From positions 1 to 50,015 of IMG/VR virus record IMGVR_UViG_3300028595_000002: 50,015 nucleotides of DNA, one strand, 5' to 3'. The stretch comes from a virus. Its lineage: Duplodnaviria > Caudoviricetes. A model generated the notes under the pieces. That model saw only the letters and a list, made by a program, of their open reading frames with translations, was not told the DNA's origin and ran no database searches. The number at the start of each line of letters is the position of its first letter. Within the stretch, counting starts at the first letter, position 1. This document shows positions 46,397 to 50,015 of the stretch, one piece after another. The position numbers were made by a program, and so were the translations under genes.

Positions 46397-46558
46397 CTAA
46401 GTAACTATATTAAAACTAACTATTAGCTTTTCTTTTAATTGTTTTTGTATATAAGAGTTTGGTAGCTCGTAAATCTGTCACTTCTTATACAATATAGATC
46501 AAATTCTAGTATTGTTCTTAAACATTACCTTAGATCTTTGTGTATTCTTTCTTGCCAT
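46397..46558 (-). CDS. Small hypothetical protein (53 aa)
   Basis: ATG 46558 to TAG 46397. Confidence 0.45.
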
Positions 46559-46559
46559 C

Positions 46560-46943
46560 TTAATTTAAATAATATATATAATAATTCTTATCTATTAATG
46601 GACGATTTAAGGTGTCATAAGTATTAGCCACACTACCAGTAGAAAGTATTTTTATGACGTTGAATTCTCACCTAGCCTCTATCGTTAAAATATCGTTCAA
46701 TGTATTACTTATCTCGTCAAGATCAGCATAAGTAATTCAAGTCTCATGTCAAATTATTTTTACTGACACTATGTCATAACTATACACCTCTCTTATTTTT
46801 TGCCATTCACGCTCCATTACTATAAACACCCCTGATTGTTGTTCTGTAGGATATCAATAGTAAATTCTATTTCAAACCAAATCAGTTAATGTTGTCTTTG
46901 TATTTAAGTAGGTTATCAATGTACCTATATTTAAATAATTCAT
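46560..46943 (-). CDS. Tail terminator-like protein (127 aa)
   Basis: LTDLVGNRIYYGYP motif; neck gene order. Confidence 0.7.
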
Positions 46944-47302
46944 TTTTTTATTATATTATAGACATTATTAATGTTTTCCTTTACGGTTTTTCAATAAGTG
47001 TTACTTCAAATTCATTTATAGAAAACAGTGCTATCATCGGTAGGCGGTCATTTATGGTACTTAAAAGGTTTTGTTTGTCATTTATATCATTCTTCTAGTG
47101 TTTTAGCATAATCAACATCATTGCTAAGTGTACCTATTAATTTTCAATCCCTATATTCTATAGATTCTATCTTATGTTTTTTTATAAAGGTATGAGTATC
47201 TGTTGGAGATAGTTTTTCCGCTGTTTGCTTTAATAATAACAAAGCCTCTATGGTTCTGTCTTCTAAATTATCCCTAACTATTTTTTTATATTTACTAAGC
47301 AT
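46931..47302 (-). CDS. HK97 gp10-like neck protein (123 aa)
   Basis: LSPTDTHT, NDVDYAKTLEEG motifs. Confidence 0.7.
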
Positions 47303-47669
47303 CCTTTTCAAAAATTAATTCTAATTCTATAGAATCGTTAGTATTCCCACTCATCCTATTCATTCTAACTGATTGTATTTTGTATACTCATCAATTACTT
47401 AGGTCTGGATCGGATAATACAAATCTCATTCATTTAGTCACTAATGTTTTTTCTGGTTGTATTAAGGCAGTAATCCTTTCTTGTTGTTGTTCATCAAATC
47501 AACTTCTATCCCAATATAACTCTTGATATCAAGTGATCTTTTTATGGTAGAAGTGACAAGGGATACCTGCATATACATCTACATATGTTTTTTGCTCCAC
47601 CCCTGCTACTACCGTTATTGTTTTATTTTGTATAGTACAAGAATGGTCTAAATAATCTAATAAAGCCAT
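47295..47669 (-). CDS. Head-closure/adaptor protein (124 aa)
   Basis: LDHSCTIQ...VYAGIPCH pattern; neck gene order. Confidence 0.65.
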
Positions 47670-47670
47670 A

Positions 47671-48117
47671 TTAAGTCTTTTGTCTGTAAAATATATTCCT
47701 ATAAGGTTCTAAGTATATTTTAGCTTTATCTGGTATCGTTTTTAAGACGTTCCTAGTTCATGAGGTATATTTTATCCTTCTATCACCAGCGACCTCTTCA
47801 GTGACCTCTCAGTAGGTACTAGATACAGTATCTCAAGATTCAAATATTTGCTCGCACACATAGACGGTAGCAATTTTTATATCATTTGGGATAACCTCAA
47901 TATTTCAATCCTCATCTTGAGTGGGGAAGATAAAACTCTGGGATTCACTATATTTAGTTCAGTAATGTAGTATATAGTCATCTATCGCAAATTGTGCCTC
48001 ATAAATTAGTCTTTTTATTTGGTTATCCGTAAGGGAAGCTATTCAAGTTTTATTAGTGGAGTCCTTGAGATCCTGTATAGTTATATATATAGGATCTTCT
48101 ATGAATAGATTATTCAT
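47671..48117 (-). CDS. Head-tail connector protein (148 aa)
   Basis: YITIQDLK, AIDDY, IPNDIKIAT, LLEPYR. Confidence 0.7.
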
Positions 48118-48255
48118 TTTTCAAATTTTTTAATATAGCCTTAAGTTCTGTTATTTTATTTTCTATTCTAATGCTTATAGAATTAGGTTCTTTAAGTAAC
48201 CCTTGTAAGGTAGCGATCTTATGTTCTATCTTATCTATAGTGTTATTATACATAA

Positions 48256-50015
48256 TTAAAATTTATTAACAATAAAACTTTTAGTCTCTCAAGAGACATT
48301 TTTAACTGTCCAGGTCTTCGTCCCTATTCAAAATCAACTAGTGGTAGCTTCAAAACTTCAAGTAGCAATTCAATCATTGAAAGTAGCCGTTCTACCTAGT
48401 ACTCAATCGTAATTAAATACCAAAGATGAAGTTTGAGGATTTGAACTTGCACTTGTTGTTTTTAGTGAAACTGCAATGTCAATATCATCTGCTACACTCC
48501 AAGCATCGTTCCATATTGTATCGCTAATAGCGTTAAATTGTGTTCAAGTTTGCTGGTTGGCTGTTACGGTTACGGCTTCTGAAATCGCTGCGTTTTGTTC
48601 ATTTATATTTGCAACTGTCCAAGTCTCCGCACCGCTTGCCCCTGTGTTGTAGCACCAAATCCCCTCTGTCTCTCCTGTTATTGCGTTGCTATTTGAAGCG
48701 ATATTTCTCCAAGCTACGGCGGTTGTGTCGTAAATTTGGAAAGTTACTTTGTCATCAAATGAAACTGAATAAAAAGCACTTTGCCCTGCTGTTGACTCTG
48801 TTACTGTTCCTGAATTTAAATCATCCCAGGCAGTAGTGTTAAATTGTCCTGTTGTGCTTGTTACTGCTGTGTAAGTTTGATTTTCTGGTGATGAACCTGC
48901 TCCGTAAGCTGATGTGGGGGGGGTGAAATTAGACGTCCATCTAGCAGTCTTAGAAATGCGTATTTCATCCAGATAACCATTATATGCACCAACATCAGAT
49001 GCTGTCTTGTAGAATCGTCCTATTGTAAGCCCGTGGTTACCATCGTTAATTGTTACGTTTCCACTACTCCAATTAGTAATTTGACCATCTATAAATATTC
49101 CTAAATCAGATACTCCTGTTCCTTTTCTTACTATTGCAACGTGAGCCCATGTATTAACAGATAAATTAGTGTCTGAGGTTGCTATTGTTGACCCTGTTCT
49201 ATCCATTGTTAAACCAACAGTCCCAGAACTATTCGCATAAATAATCCAATTGCCATCATCATTGTCAGATGTTGACAAAAATCCGTTCAGTGAATTTAAT
49301 GCTGAAGGTCTTACCCAGAAATCAATAGTAAAATTACCAGTTCCAAAATCAAAATCAGTTGAGTTAGGAGCTGTTAAATAATCCCCAGTCCCGTCAAAAT
49401 ACATTGAAGTTGTACCTAATTGTTGTTGTGCAGTTGTGTGAATCGCACCGCTTCTTGTAATTGTGTGAGTTTCACTTTTACCAACCGAAGTATCAATAAA
49501 ATTTGTATCTCCATCAAAAGTATTCGATTGAATTAAAAGCACTGTATCGCTATCATTTCCAATCCTAACACCATCACTTGTTAATTTAATCACATCATCA
49601 ACCATATTTGCCCCTCGTATCCAGTCAACATCATACTCGCCTGTTGCCAAGGTTGCAGTAGTTCCGTCATTGATTGAAAAAGCTACTTCATCAGTTGCTT
49701 CTCCGTCGTCTGTGATTGTGTTGATTGTGTAAATATTTGTGTCGCCGTTGAGTTGGAAGTTTACGTTTTCAATTACACGTGGTTCGTCGTTTCCTGTTCC
49801 GATGGTGATTGGTGCTGTTGATGTGTATGCTTCTGTTGGTTTCCCAACAACTGAAAAATCAATTGCTTCGCCTTTTTGGATGCGTAGATTAGCAATTTTC
49901 CCATCAAGATAATAATATGCATTAGAATACATCCTACCAATATTTATATTGCCAAAATCTAATGTGCCACTATCACTCCAGTCTGAACCAAGTTGAGAAC
50001 CATCTAAATATGCCT
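48256..50015 (-). CDS. Tail fibre/adhesin A, 3' part (continues from 1-1739)
   Basis: Track ORF 48544-49932 extended upstream across the circular join and downstream through TGA to TAA 48256; LamG motif YNGYLDEIRISKTARW. Confidence 0.85.

Noticed and set aside
1-50015. Mass pseudogenisation or a decayed prophage
   Set aside because: Interruptions are TGA at Gly positions; genes are full length, tightly packed and end in TAA/TAG
49964-50015. Physical direct terminal repeat
   Set aside because: Falls mid-gene and is of k-mer-like length; more likely an assembler overlap of a circular or permuted genome

Overview
The window is an apparently complete, circularly assembled ~49.96-kb AT-rich tailed-phage genome (bases 1-52 repeat at 49964-50015) with siphovirus-like gene order. 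The supplied code-11 ORF track is fragmented because the genome reads TGA as glycine (genetic code 25, known from Gracilibacteria/Absconditabacteria). Several conserved positions also suggest CGG is read as Trp while CGA still behaves as Arg. Re-translated by hand with TGA=Gly, the genome is almost fully coding. The + strand (14752-31448) carries early genes, a replication module (initiator, AEP primase, DnaB-like helicase, RusA, SSB-like protein), dCTP deaminase and nucleases. The - strand (12896 down to 1, continuing from 49963 down to 31459) carries terminase with a class-3 intein, portal, capsid, neck, tail, several fibre/adhesin genes and lysis genes. No integrase, tRNA, reverse transcriptase or CRISPR array was seen. 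The most unusual items are: (i) a 1198-aa protein of ~12 tandem HTH modules with variable recognition helices fused to a Cas4/RecB-like PD-(D/E)XK nuclease; (ii) a 1.85-kb non-coding control region packed with palindromes resembling sites or fragments of host DNA-binding proteins (DinD-like, KilA-N-like, dif-like, CIRCE-like) plus phased repeats; (iii) a promoter-driven multi-hairpin ncRNA; and (iv) two LamG tail-fibre paralogues built from TGA-free and TGA-rich segments with sharp borders. All translations and family assignments are by eye and from remembered motifs; no database searches were run.
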